A DNA stretch of 64,000 nt from Spirochaetes bacterium ADurb.Bin133 (GTDB lineage Bacteria; Spirochaetota; GWE2-31-10; MWDO01). The stretch spans positions 24,886 to 88,885 of the forward strand of contig MWDO01000001.1 in the NCBI GenBank assembly GCA_002070605.1, written 5' to 3'. Shown in pieces: positions 20,380 through 30,486 of the stretch (the first letter of the stretch is position 1; each line of letters opens with the position of its first letter). The notes below the pieces were generated by a model that was given only the letters and a program-made list of their open reading frames with translations, ran no database searches and was not told where the DNA came from. Position numbers and translations under genes: made by a program.

Positions 20380-20951
20380 TGAAAAAGAAAAAAAAACTGT
20401 TATTGTCCGTAAAGAAAACCGCGGGATTGTATATTTTTATTTTGGGAATTATCTTTTTCTTAAAAATATTTTTCCCGGAAGAGTTGCGTTTAATTTATAT
20501 TTTACTTATTTTAATATCCGTAATTTCGCTGGATTTGATAATCAGGGCTTTTTATAATAAAAAGCGGGTTAAATTGCTTATTCCGGGGTTTATATTTTTA
20601 CCTACGGCAATATTTTTCCTGATTTACCTGATTTTTTTAGGCGAGGGCAAATCAAACATTAAGTTTATTTGGCCGATTATCGGTATATTTCCGGGATTAT
20701 CGCTTATTATTTACTATTTAAAATCGGAAAAGAGAAGCCCGTCGATAATAATTCCGGGGATATTTTTAATTGTTTTTTCCGGCGCTCTTCTTTTGTTTAA
20801 TCTGAAAATTTTTAATTTTAGTTTTCAATTCTTTTTAATAATGCTCGCTCCGACGGTTTTAACTCTATCGGGACTGTATCTGTTGTTTTCAAAAGAATTT
20901 AATTATTTAAAAAAAAATATAAATAAGAAAAAAAATAAAAATGAACGCTAA
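20376..20951 (+). CDS. Hypothetical polytopic membrane protein
   Basis: About six hydrophobic segments. Coupled to the upstream gene by an ATGA overlap. Confidence 0.4.
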   Translation: MMKKKKKLLLSVKKTAGLYIFILGIIFFLKIFFPEELRLIYILLILISVISLDLIIRAFYNKKRVKLLIPGFIFLPTAIFFLIYLIFLGEGKSNIKFIWPIIGIFPGLSLIIYYLKSEKRSPSIIIPGIFLIVFSGALLLFNLKIFNFSFQFFLIMLAPTVLTLSGLYLLFSKEFNYLKKNINKKKNKNER

Positions 20952-21768
20952 AATTGTTTTTAAATTAATTATGTTTTTTTCATTAATGATCGTTTCAAAA
21001 CCGGCGTTCCCGGAAAATTTATTATTAAAAAACGGTCAGATATTTAGGGGCGACTTAGCGTCGATAGAAAAAGATAAGATATCGATGATAATCGAAGGGG
21101 AACTTTACGACTTTTATTTTAAAGATATCGAATATTTGATAGCCGGTTCTAATCAGCCGAATTACTCTAATATTTTAATAAAAAGAAAAAACGGAGTTGA
21201 AGAGAACGCCAGCTTGATAAAAATGACCGACTCCGCTTTATACTTTAAACATACCGATCAAAATGAGTTGAAGATTCTCCGAATGACTGAGATTGACAAC
21301 ATAAAGGTCAAAACTTCAATTTTTATCGCGACCGAGCAAAAAAACACGGTCGTTATCGACTCCGACGTAGGCGAAATTAACGAAGACTTGGATAAAATAA
21401 TTGCTAGAATTGTTAATAATAAAATAGGGAAAAATATTACTAAAGAAGCGGTAAAAGACGCGGATAAAACTAGCGCTTTGGAAAATATAATCAAAATTGA
21501 TTCTGCGGATTTTTACGATAAATTTTGGTTAAAAATAAACAAATATTTAGATAATAATTCGACAAATTTATTATGGAATCTTTTAGAAAACTACTCTGAA
21601 AAAGAGAAGTTATTAAATATTATTTATAACGAAAAATTAACGGCGATATCAAAAAACAAATCCTCAAATGCGGAATTTGTAACGGCCGAACTAAAAAATA
21701 AGATCAGAGACTTAAGAAACGACTTTTATAAAAGGGCAAAAAAAATAATTCTTTCCGCGGGACAATAG
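20941..21768 (+). CDS. Hypothetical secreted protein
   Basis: Signal peptide MFFSLMIVSKPAFP. No known domain. Confidence 0.4.
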   Translation: MNAKIVFKLIMFFSLMIVSKPAFPENLLLKNGQIFRGDLASIEKDKISMIIEGELYDFYFKDIEYLIAGSNQPNYSNILIKRKNGVEENASLIKMTDSALYFKHTDQNELKILRMTEIDNIKVKTSIFIATEQKNTVVIDSDVGEINEDLDKIIARIVNNKIGKNITKEAVKDADKTSALENIIKIDSADFYDKFWLKINKYLDNNSTNLLWNLLENYSEKEKLLNIIYNEKLTAISKNKSSNAEFVTAELKNKIRDLRNDFYKRAKKIILSAGQ

Positions 21769-21774
21769 CGTAAA

Positions 21775-22012
21775 GTTCGTCGGTTTTTTTGACACATATG
21801 CGTCGATTTCTATCGCAGGGCAATTTAACGCATATGTTGCGTTTTTTCATCGGGGAGCGACGCGGCGGCTATGAGGCGCATATGCGTCGATTTCTATCAG
21901 GGAGCGCCGCGTCGCATATGCGTATTTGGGGGCGGCTTCTTAAAATGACACATATGGAGCTAAAAATAAAATTCGACGCATATGGGATGTCGTCAAATCC
22001 CAAAAAACCGAC
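21775..22012. mobile_element. Full-length MITE-like element of the CATATG-palindrome family, with imperfect terminal inverted repeats of about 35 bp
   Basis: Left end cgtcggtttttttgacacatatgcgtcgatttc. Right end tcgacgcatatggg...caaatcccaaaaaaccgacggg. Five internal CATATG palindromic units. It lies between convergent genes. The track ORF 21789..22049 is an artefact of this element. Confidence 0.6.
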
Positions 22013-22013
22013 G

Positions 22014-22068
22014 GGTACTAAAAAAATAGCGACGAGAAATCCCGCTTAACGCGAGGCGCTCGTCGCTA
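22014..22068 (-). terminator. Rho-independent terminator of pfp
   Basis: 10-bp stem tagcgacgag / ctcgtcgcta, with the plus-strand A-run aaaaaaa forming the minus-strand U-tract after the stem. Confidence 0.55.
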
Positions 22069-22090
22069 TAACAAAAATATTCAACAATAG

Positions 22091-23749
22091 TTACTCAGAC
22101 TCTAGTATTAATGTTTTGGTCGGTCTGTCGCACACTTCGGCCGGTCCGTAATATTGAACCGCGCCCGGATAAATAAAGGAGGTTTTGATCGCGCATTCTT
22201 CTCTTTGTTCGGCAAATTTCTTAAACGGTTTGCCGTCTAACTCTACCAGCGCTTTTTTTATAACGGGCTTGAGTTTGCCGCGTCTTTGTTCCATAGTCAT
22301 CATCATTGTTAACGGTATGCCTCCCGCCGCCCAATTGGTATGCGGTTGAGCCAAATTGGAAACGGACGACATATACCCGGTAAGTCCGTTGGCGATCAGA
22401 ATAAAAGCCGTATAACCCAAAGAGTAGCAATAATCCGAATCAAAATTTGACGGGGCGGCGCATCTCCCTTCGTATCCGAAGAAATGATTTTGAGCGGAAA
22501 ATTTACCTTTGAATTTACCGTTATTTTTCATTTCAGTCAATTTATCCTGAACTAAATCGATAATAAGCTTTTCTGTTTCAATTCTCGATACCTGAACGTT
22601 TCCGTGAGGATCTCTATCCATAAGAAGTTGTTTTTGAATATCGAACGGTAGAGATGAAAAAACGAAAGAGGAATCTCTACTTAAATTTTTATTTATCCAT
22701 TGCGTTTGTTCCGCAAAACTATTGAGCGTTTCAAAATGCGTAACGTTATTTGCAAGCAAATCGTTGAGTTCCGATATAAGGAGCTTCATTTCGGGAATAA
22801 ACTCTATTAATCCTTCGGGTATCAACGCAACGCCAAAATCCTCTTTGTTTTCGGAACGCGTGATAATTATTCTGACTATATCGTCTACTATCTCGACAAG
22901 CGTGATATGCTCTTTTTCTACCTCTTCGGAAATAATTGCTACGTTTGGCTGAGTCTGAAGAGCGCACTCCAAACCTATGTGAGAGGCGGATCGTCCCATA
23001 AGTTTGATAAAGTGCCAATATTTCTTCGCAGAATTTGCGTCTCTACAGATATTGCCGATTAATTCCGAATAGACTTTGGTCGCCGTATCAAAACCAAACG
23101 AAGTCTCTATATATTTGTTTTTAAGGTCGCCGTCGATAGTTTTTGGAACGCCTATTACCTGAACTCCGGTATTATTCTTTTTCAAATATTCCGCTAAAAG
23201 AGCCGCGTTAGTATTGGAGTCGTCTCCCCCGACGATAATCAAAGCCGATATTTGTCTTTTTTTGAAAACCTCGATACATTTTATAAACTGCTCTTCGCTC
23301 TCCAATTTTGTTCTTCCTGAACCGATCATATCAAAACCGCCGGTATTCCTGAAATTAAACGCAAATTCCGGAGTTATTTCTATCGCTTTATCTTCCAAAA
23401 TTCCGGACGGACCGCCTAAAAAACCGAAAAGTTTTGAATCTTTATTCGCTTTTTTCAACGCGTCCAATACCCCTATAATTACGTTATGCCCGCCGGGAGC
23501 CTGACCGCCCGAAAGAACTATACCGACGTTGACTTTATTGTTTGCGTTTGGGTTTGAGCCTTTTTTAAATTTAACGACGGGCAGTCCGTAAACGTTGGCA
23601 AACAGCTCTTTAATCTCCTCTTTAAAAGACGCAGGCTCCGTTACGCCGCTTTCTTCCGCTATAATGTTGGATATATCTCCCTTTATCATATCCGGAGTCT
23701 TTGGCTGATACTCCAATCGGGCTTTCTGCAACGCTGACAATTTTTCCAT
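22091..23749 (-). CDS. pfp: Pyrophosphate-dependent 6-phosphofructokinase, long (about 550 aa) type
   Basis: [10 protein letters not shown] (Asp rather than Gly, indicating PPi-dependence) and [10 protein letters not shown] motifs. 552 aa. Confidence 0.9.
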   Translation of the reverse strand: MEKLSALQKARLEYQPKTPDMIKGDISNIIAEESGVTEPASFKEEIKELFANVYGLPVVKFKKGSNPNANNKVNVGIVLSGGQAPGGHNVIIGVLDALKKANKDSKLFGFLGGPSGILEDKAIEITPEFAFNFRNTGGFDMIGSGRTKLESEEQFIKCIEVFKKRQISALIIVGGDDSNTNAALLAEYLKKNNTGVQVIGVPKTIDGDLKNKYIETSFGFDTATKVYSELIGNICRDANSAKKYWHFIKLMGRSASHIGLECALQTQPNVAIISEEVEKEHITLVEIVDDIVRIIITRSENKEDFGVALIPEGLIEFIPEMKLLISELNDLLANNVTHFETLNSFAEQTQWINKNLSRDSSFVFSSLPFDIQKQLLMDRDPHGNVQVSRIETEKLIIDLVQDKLTEMKNNGKFKGKFSAQNHFFGYEGRCAAPSNFDSDYCYSLGYTAFILIANGLTGYMSSVSNLAQPHTNWAAGGIPLTMMMTMEQRRGKLKPVIKKALVELDGKPFKKFAEQREECAIKTSFIYPGAVQYYGPAEVCDRPTKTLILESE

Positions 23750-23854
23750 ATATGTCTCCTTACAAATTCTGATTTTATTTACATAATAAAATATTTTCTC
23801 GACTATATACTATAATAATTTGAGTTGTTTGTAAAATATTAAGTTAAAAAATTT

Positions 23855-23886
23855 TAAAAAAAGAGGCTGCCTTTTGGGACAGCCTC
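23855..23886 (-). terminator. Rho-independent terminator of the PEGA-domain gene
   Basis: On the minus strand: GAGGCTGTCCCAAAAGGCAGCCTC followed by TTTTTTT. Confidence 0.75.
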
Positions 23887-23903
23887 GTTATAAAATCAAT
23901 AAG

Positions 23904-25085
23904 CTATTTATCAAAAAGAGACAATCTCAACTCTTTTATTTTATTATTAAACTCAATGTTCATAGGACCGGTAATAAGGTTTTTGTATCTTATTTCAATC
24001 AAATCGGTTCTGCCGGTTTCAGAATATATTTTAAACTCTTTATACTTTTCTCTCTTATCGTTAGTATCTGTTTTGACGTTGTCAAATTTATTATCGTCCT
24101 TGATATTGCCCCAATTTAGATGATACGCTTTACCGTTGAGCCATAGCTTAGTCCCAACCGGCAACGAGAGAATAATATATTTTTGAGCGGTTAGCGGAGC
24201 GGTAATATTTTGATTTGAAGTTAAATTAATGTTTGTTCTATAGTCTAAGTACCCCTCGGACTTTACGGTTACGCTATACGCCGCCGGTTGCAATGATACG
24301 TTTAAAGGGGTTTTGCCGTATAACTTATTATTTATATACACGTCCGCTCCGGCGATATTAGACGACACGGAGAGAGTATAACTGCTGGGAGTCAAGTTTG
24401 CATTAATATTTTGGTTAGAATTGAGAGTAACGTTCGACGCAAAATCGGTATATCCGGCAAGTTTTACAGTTACATTATAATTAGCCGACGGCAAAGAGAC
24501 GTTGAGCGGAGTCTTTCCGTATGGTTGGTTATTTATATATACGTCCGCGCCGGAGATATTAGACGACACGGAGAGATTATAACTAATAGGAGCGAAATTT
24601 GCGTTAATATTTTGGTTAGAATTTAGAGTAACGTTCGATACAAAATCGGTATATCCGGCAAGTTTTACAGTTACGTTATAACTAGCCGACGGCAAAGAGA
24701 CGTTGAGCGGAGTCTTTCCGTATGGTTGATTATTTATATATACGTCCGCGCCGGCGATATTAGACGACACGGAGAGATTATAATTAATTTGAGGCGCGGC
24801 TAGCGGTTCGAGAGTTACATTTAAATCTCCGGTACCGGCTTTATAACTAATAGTTTTTGATTGATAGCCGTCTTTAGTAAAAACAAAAACATACGTTCTA
24901 TTTCTTAATAACGGAATGGTAACCGGCGTAGGACCGAATTTATTGACTTTGTCGCTTTCCGTAGAAAAGTAAATCCCCGAAGGATTTGTAACGACTTTAA
25001 CGTAAACCGTGCTTGCGCTTCTCTGAGCAAACAGATTAGACGATAGCAAAAAAGCAATAAACAGCAAATAGTAAATTTTTTTCAT
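23904..25085 (-). CDS. Secreted protein with four tandem PEGA domains
   Basis: The unit AGADVYINNQPYGKTPLNVSLPSASYNVTVKLAGYTDF (PEGA signature) is repeated. Three of the units are nearly identical at DNA level, forming about 204-bp tandem repeats across 24190-24790. Signal peptide present. Confidence 0.75.
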   Translation of the reverse strand: MKKIYYLLFIAFLLSSNLFAQRSASTVYVKVVTNPSGIYFSTESDKVNKFGPTPVTIPLLRNRTYVFVFTKDGYQSKTISYKAGTGDLNVTLEPLAAPQINYNLSVSSNIAGADVYINNQPYGKTPLNVSLPSASYNVTVKLAGYTDFVSNVTLNSNQNINANFAPISYNLSVSSNISGADVYINNQPYGKTPLNVSLPSANYNVTVKLAGYTDFASNVTLNSNQNINANLTPSSYTLSVSSNIAGADVYINNKLYGKTPLNVSLQPAAYSVTVKSEGYLDYRTNINLTSNQNITAPLTAQKYIILSLPVGTKLWLNGKAYHLNWGNIKDDNKFDNVKTDTNDKREKYKEFKIYSETGRTDLIEIRYKNLITGPMNIEFNNKIKELRLSLFDK

Positions 25086-25103
25086 TTATAAATCCTTATA
25101 ATA

Positions 25104-25586
25104 TTATTTTTTTTTAGAGATAGTTATGTTCCACTCCGTATCCGACGCATCTTGAATCTGTACGGAAAAAGCTAAATACTTTGAGTTATCGGCGTTTTGA
25201 ACTCTTATCCACACGACCGCGTCGGTATATGATACGCCCTTTTCAATAAAATTTATCTGAGGAACAACTTCGACTAACCCCGGAGCGGCCTGTAAATTTT
25301 TAGAAACGCTAATAGTATCCCAATCCGGTTCGATTTCTTTATCATAGTCGTTGGGATTGTCGTGTAAGAATATTTTATATTTAACCGATAAAGGTTCTCC
25401 TAACGTATTCTTAATCTTTATAGAATCAGGAGCCGCGCTACTTTCAAACGAATCCAGACTCGCCGTCCATCCAAATCCGTAATACGTATCGCCTCCTCCT
25501 CCCCCGACTAACATAATACAACCGGTCGGTATCAATAAAACCGTCAGTACCGTTAACGCCGCCAATAATTTAAACGCTTTTTTCAT
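25104..25586 (-). CDS. Hypothetical lipoprotein
   Basis: Signal peptide and lipobox (LLIPTGC). Confidence 0.45.
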   Translation of the reverse strand: MKKAFKLLAALTVLTVLLIPTGCIMLVGGGGGDTYYGFGWTASLDSFESSAAPDSIKIKNTLGEPLSVKYKIFLHDNPNDYDKEIEPDWDTISVSKNLQAAPGLVEVVPQINFIEKGVSYTDAVVWIRVQNADNSKYLAFSVQIQDASDTEWNITISKKK

Positions 25587-25851
25587 AAATATGCCCCCGT
25601 ATTATTTTTTTGTTTCACTCAACAAAACAATTATAAGGCGCATCTTCAAAAAAGCAATAAAAATATTTATAATTTTACAATTATGAAATTTGTCAAAATA
25701 TATTAAAATCTTCTTTATATCTCATCGCTTTATGGTATATTTATAGAAGCCGTTTAAATTACTTCAGATAAAATTCAAAGCAAAATCGGCTAAATATAAA
25801 AAATCGATTAATTAATCGATCCGAAAAGGATTATAAGAAAAGGATTATAAA

Positions 25852-26715
25852 TTGAAAAGAAGTTTGGCTGTTATTTTTTTTGTTGTCTCCCTATTTTCGT
25901 TGAAATCGCTGGATTTTAACGATTTGAGCGACGATTTTTTATTAGTCAAAGTCGGTAAATACGACATAACGGTTTTAGACTTTAAGTTGTACATTTTAGG
26001 GTACGGTTCTATCGACCGCTGGGATATTTATTCGGTTGAGGACGTATTAAATACTATGATTATGGATTTGCTGTTTTATAACGCCTGCGAAGAGGAAAAA
26101 ATAACCGTTTCCGAAGACGAAATAGCGCGTTACGCCGAGAAATATTTTACGGATAGAAGCGTGGCTTACGACAATCCTCAAGCGCTTCAATTGTATTTCG
26201 ATATGAACGATCCTTACAGTTCTATAGAAGATTTTTATATGAAAACAACTTACAATCTTATGAAAATAAAATATTTAGCGAAGCGCAATCACATAAAACA
26301 GGTAAAAAGCTGTTCGATATTCTTTTCGACGGAAAAGTTATCCAAAAAAGATATAGCGCTAAAAAAAGAAGCGGCGGTAAATTTGGCTAATAAAATATAT
26401 TCCGGTCAGGAGTCTTTTTTTAGCGCAGTCAAACTCTTTAGCGAAGATTCAATATCTAAAGAAAAAAACGGCGATATAGGAACGGTGTCCGACGGCAAAG
26501 AATCAAAAAAAATATTTAAGTCTGTTGAAATTAAAAAAATCTTACAAGCCGGTCTGTTTTTTCCGATTTTTATCGAAGGAACAAAGGGGTATCATATCGT
26601 TATGAATTACGACTACGTATTTCCGGACGACGAAAAGTACGTTTCGGATATTCTATTGGAACTATCAGATAAATACAAAGTTATAAAAATGGTCGATATT
26701 AATCCCAAGAAATAA
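25852..26715 (+). CDS. SurA/PrsA-like periplasmic chaperone with a degenerate parvulin PPIase domain
   Basis: Signal peptide. GDIGTVSDG...GYHIVMNYD resembles parvulin hallmarks (GDLGWF...GYHII). Confidence 0.4.
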   Translation: MKRSLAVIFFVVSLFSLKSLDFNDLSDDFLLVKVGKYDITVLDFKLYILGYGSIDRWDIYSVEDVLNTMIMDLLFYNACEEEKITVSEDEIARYAEKYFTDRSVAYDNPQALQLYFDMNDPYSSIEDFYMKTTYNLMKIKYLAKRNHIKQVKSCSIFFSTEKLSKKDIALKKEAAVNLANKIYSGQESFFSAVKLFSEDSISKEKNGDIGTVSDGKESKKIFKSVEIKKILQAGLFFPIFIEGTKGYHIVMNYDYVFPDDEKYVSDILLELSDKYKVIKMVDINPKK

Positions 26716-26730
26716 CATAAAATCTTGACG

Positions 26731-27483
26731 TTAAACGTCCCGCAGATTGATAATATTATCTAAAGTTGAAAGCTTCGCGTCAAATAAATTTGATAATATT
26801 TTTACTAATATTCTAAGTATCTCGTCAAATTTTCTACTATCTACGGTAACATTTTTCAGTTCGGAATATTTTAATTTTAAGAAATCTCTGAATATTTTTA
26901 CCGATTCCGCCGATATTCGATTGTTAAAATTTGCGGCGCATTTAGAACAAAAAACGCCCCCTCTTATAAAATCGTAAAAATAGTCCGGCGAAGAGTTTTG
27001 ACACTTGAGACACGATTCGAGAGCCGGATTAACTCCCGATAAATATAAAAACTTGCAGATAAAAAAAAGCAGAGCGTTTTTAAGCGCATCGCCGTTATGA
27101 AGCAATTCTAACGAATATTGCATTAGATAAAAGAATTTTTTATACTCTTCGGGATTAATATAAGTTTTCTGTATAATTTCAGAGAAAAAAGCGGCAATAT
27201 AAATCTTTCTTATATCATTTTTAATAAATTCAGAGCTTTCCGGTTCCGAAATATCCTTCAATTCAAAATATTCCGTTTTAGGATTTTTATAAAGATACAG
27301 CTTCAGTTTTACAAAAGGTTGTATTGTCGAACAATATCTGCTTTTATATTTACACGCCCCAAAGGCGACCGTTCTATTAACGCCGACCTCCTTTGAGATA
27401 AAGGTAAAACTTCTATCAATCTCTCTAGAGACGCCGACGTTTAAAATAATCGAATCCGTTACGATATGTCTTTTGTAACTCAT
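26731..27483 (-). CDS. recO: DNA repair protein RecO
   Basis: 250 aa with an N-terminal OB-fold region and a C4 zinc finger CLKCQNS...CSKC. Confidence 0.65.
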   Translation of the reverse strand: MSYKRHIVTDSIILNVGVSREIDRSFTFISKEVGVNRTVAFGACKYKSRYCSTIQPFVKLKLYLYKNPKTEYFELKDISEPESSEFIKNDIRKIYIAAFFSEIIQKTYINPEEYKKFFYLMQYSLELLHNGDALKNALLFFICKFLYLSGVNPALESCLKCQNSSPDYFYDFIRGGVFCSKCAANFNNRISAESVKIFRDFLKLKYSELKNVTVDSRKFDEILRILVKILSNLFDAKLSTLDNIINLRDV

Positions 27484-27490
27484 AACATAA

Positions 27491-28270
27491 TTAATCGCTA
27501 TACGTAATATTAAAAGCCCTTAAGCTATTATTGTAAAGAATTTCGCAAAGTTCTTCCGCCGGAATACCTCTCAATTCGGATAAGAAATTAGCGGTTTCTA
27601 CCAAGTAAGCCGGCTGATTTCTCTTTCCTCTATACGTATGAGGGGTAAGAAACGGGCTATCCGTCTCGATTAGTATAGACTCAATCGGCAATTTTAAAGC
27701 GACCTCGTGAAGGTTTTTGGCGTTTCTATAAGTAAGATTGCCGGCAAAGGATATATATAGCCCCAAATCGATCATATCTTTAGCAAATTGATAGTTTTCG
27801 CTAAAACAGTGTAAAATACCGCCGTTATGAGGAGTCTTTGACTTTAATATATTTTTCATATCTTCTCCGGCTTCCCTGTTGTGAATAACTACCGGAAGAT
27901 TATAGTTTGAAGCTATTTCTAACTGCCTAATAAAAAATTCTATCTGAGAATTTCGATCCCCGTATTTATGAAAATAGTCTAATCCTATCTCTCCTACGGC
28001 GACTACGTTTGGATAAGACAATCCCTCTTTCAAATCCAACTCCCAATCTCTCCCGGGGTTGTCTACTTCGGAAGGACTCAGACCTATGGTATGATAAATA
28101 TTTTGAATATTTTTTATATTTTTATAACTTGAGAAAAAGTCGGGAAGGTTAGTATTAACGCTAATAATAACTTCCACCCCAGCTCTTCTTGCGTCGTCGA
28201 TTACTTTTATCTGTTCGATAGGGTCTTGATACAGTAGCGCTATATGGCAGTGTGTGTCGCATAATTTCAT
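27491..28270 (-). CDS. tatD: TatD-family metal-dependent DNase/hydrolase
   Basis: N-terminal MKLCDTHCHI, plus EIGLDY and HCFS motifs. Confidence 0.85.
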   Translation of the reverse strand: MKLCDTHCHIALLYQDPIEQIKVIDDARRAGVEVIISVNTNLPDFFSSYKNIKNIQNIYHTIGLSPSEVDNPGRDWELDLKEGLSYPNVVAVGEIGLDYFHKYGDRNSQIEFFIRQLEIASNYNLPVVIHNREAGEDMKNILKSKTPHNGGILHCFSENYQFAKDMIDLGLYISFAGNLTYRNAKNLHEVALKLPIESILIETDSPFLTPHTYRGKRNQPAYLVETANFLSELRGIPAEELCEILYNNSLRAFNITYSD

Positions 28271-28497
28271 AATGAAGTCCTTACAATTTTTTTCAGATTT
28301 TTTTTTCGAAATATTCTGGGGCTCTCCGTAATATTAACTCTATCTGTTTTAAAAGTCAATAAAAATCGCTTAAAAATATAAAAAATATATAAAAAAAGCC
28401 GTTAATATGTATATATATGTTTTTTTTATTACAGAAAAATTTGACTAATAATATTAAATATGTTAGAATTCGAAAAAATTTTTATAACGGTGACTAA

Positions 28498-29514
28498 ATG
28501 AATCGTACAAATAACTTTAAAAAGGTAGAAAAAAGCGTTTTTGTTTACATTGTAAACGTTTTATCGTTAATAAAAAAGTTCCTCTCTTCGATTGTCGGCT
28601 TCTTTATTAACTCCGGGAGTCAGAAAATAACCATTATGATGATCCCTCATAATGAGAAGAGAGTTTTTAATTTTAAATTAAACGTTTTCGCTCTATTTAT
28701 CATATTTCTTTTTACGTCCAGCGGTCTTGGTATAATACTGTTTCTAACCGTCGCCAACTTTAACACTTCCCTCAAGTATAAAGACGCCAGTATCAAAACC
28801 CAGATAAATGAAAAACGCTCCAGAGAGTATGAAGAGTTGCTTAACGAAATTTTGGATAATCACAACATTTTTAAGGGAAAACTAAACGTTTTGATGTCGA
28901 AGTTGAGTTCAAATTCGTTACAGAATATTATGGACGACGAATATTTTAAAAACCAGGGGGGAGCGCCGAATCTTGTAGATTTTTCCGGATTAGACGAATT
29001 TGAACGCGAAAGAGCGGAGGTCGACAGACTTTTGGGAGATTACAGAAAATCGATAATAGCTTTTAGCGAAATCAATAAAATGGCGGACAACTATAATAAA
29101 ATACTCAAAGATATGCCGTACGGATGCCCGGTAAAAGGATTTTATACAATTACCTCCACATTCGGTTTTAGAATTCATCCTATTCATAAAGTATTGGATA
29201 TGCATACCGGATTGGACATGGCGTATCAAGCCGGTACCCCTATCGTATCGACGGCTCCCGGTATAGTGGATAAAGTCGATTTTGACGCCGGAGGGTACGG
29301 ATGGTATATAAAAATCTCTCACACTAAAGGGTTCTCGACTTTATACGCCCATATGAGATCCCAACCTATTGTTAGTCCCGGAGACAAAGTAAAGAAGGGA
29401 CAGATCATAGGCTATATGGGGTCTACGGGTTCTTCAACCGGAACTCACGTTCATTACGAAGTTAAACTTGGCAACGTTTTGCTCGATCCTTGGCAATTTG
29501 TGTCTAACAACTAA
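28498..29514 (+). CDS. M23 (LytM-type) peptidoglycan endopeptidase, membrane anchored
   Basis: HTGLDMA...GTPIVSTAPGIV...GSTGSSTGTHVHYEV (the HxxxD and HxH motifs). Confidence 0.85.
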   Translation: MNRTNNFKKVEKSVFVYIVNVLSLIKKFLSSIVGFFINSGSQKITIMMIPHNEKRVFNFKLNVFALFIIFLFTSSGLGIILFLTVANFNTSLKYKDASIKTQINEKRSREYEELLNEILDNHNIFKGKLNVLMSKLSSNSLQNIMDDEYFKNQGGAPNLVDFSGLDEFERERAEVDRLLGDYRKSIIAFSEINKMADNYNKILKDMPYGCPVKGFYTITSTFGFRIHPIHKVLDMHTGLDMAYQAGTPIVSTAPGIVDKVDFDAGGYGWYIKISHTKGFSTLYAHMRSQPIVSPGDKVKKGQIIGYMGSTGSSTGTHVHYEVKLGNVLLDPWQFVSNN

Positions 29515-29536
29515 CGCGTCTTGGGATATTTTATAG

Positions 29537-29941
29537 ATGAATAAAAAAATACCGTCTAATAACGATTTTACGATCAACTCGCTGATTGGAGAGGGAACCG
29601 AGTTTCGCGGAGAATTTAACATATCGGGTCCTCTGAGGATTGACGGGAATTTTAACGGCAAAATAAATTCGAGCGGCAAGGTCTATATCGGTAAAAAAGG
29701 GAAAGCCGGCAATCTCATTATCGCTAAAACGGTAGTGATTGGCGGGTTGGTAAAGGGCGACGTCTATGCGGAAGAAAATATATTGATTTTAAAAACGGCC
29801 GAAGTTCTCGGCAATCTTTATTCCGCCTCGGTAAATATGGAGTCCGGCGTCATTTTTGATGGAGATTGCCGGATTTTTTCAAAATCGGATATTATGGATT
29901 TGATAAATACAAAAAGGAAAGATAAATTCCTATTTTTGTAA
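29537..29941 (+). CDS. Bactofilin (CcmA-like polymer-forming cytoskeletal protein)
   Basis: DUF583-type beta-helical repeats: FRGEFNISGPLRIDGNFNGKINSSGKVYIGKKGKAGNLIIAKTVVIGGLVKGDVYA. Confidence 0.8.
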   Translation: MNKKIPSNNDFTINSLIGEGTEFRGEFNISGPLRIDGNFNGKINSSGKVYIGKKGKAGNLIIAKTVVIGGLVKGDVYAEENILILKTAEVLGNLYSASVNMESGVIFDGDCRIFSKSDIMDLINTKRKDKFLFL

Positions 29942-29966
29942 GTTTTTAGATAAAAAGCGAACTATT

Positions 29967-30470
29967 ATGTCAAGAATCGACGATAACAATTTATTATTCA
30001 ATCCAGGTTCAGTTTTTGCCCCCAAACAGATAAAAAAAAAATCAAATCTCAAAACAAAAAAAACAACCTCCGAAAAAAAATCTCTTTTCGCCGAAGCGTT
30101 TGAAGAACAAAACGATGAAATTTTGGTAAACGATAGTATAAATAACGAAACCTCTCTTGAAGAATCTTTAAAACAAATAGGTCTGCTTGGGGAAAAACTG
30201 AAAAGAAGTAAAAGTTTACAAGATCTTGACGATTACAAAAAAAGTATTAAAAGATATATAGATCAAATAATTGACAAAACAGTTAAATGCGAGACAAAAT
30301 ATGTTTGGAGCAGAGCAAAAAAAGAGAAAATACCTAAAATCCACCTTAAAATCATAGATAAAGAGCTTGAAGAACTGACAAAAATATTTTTCGACGAACA
30401 AAAAAACGTATTTCTTATAGCTTCAAAAATAGATAAAATAGAAGGCATGCTTGTCGATCTATCGTCCTGA
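29967..30470 (+). CDS. Hypothetical Lys-rich protein
   Basis: No recognisable domain. The coding sequence contains A8-A10 homopolymers. Confidence 0.35.
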   Translation: MSRIDDNNLLFNPGSVFAPKQIKKKSNLKTKKTTSEKKSLFAEAFEEQNDEILVNDSINNETSLEESLKQIGLLGEKLKRSKSLQDLDDYKKSIKRYIDQIIDKTVKCETKYVWSRAKKEKIPKIHLKIIDKELEELTKIFFDEQKNVFLIASKIDKIEGMLVDLSS

Positions 30471-30486
30471 ATTGTCGAAAAATATT

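Noticed and set aside
21789-22049. 86-aa ORF in the track (MTHMRRFLSQGNLTHMLRF...)
   Set aside because: It lies entirely within the MITE-like repeat element. The recurring 'HM(R/L)RF' peptide is just CATATGCG units read in frame. It is not a gene.
30020-30070. A8-A10 homopolymers in the coding sequence of 29967..30470 as phase-variation tracts
   Set aside because: Lys-rich proteins in an AT-rich genome produce such runs routinely. Without population data this is too weak to call.
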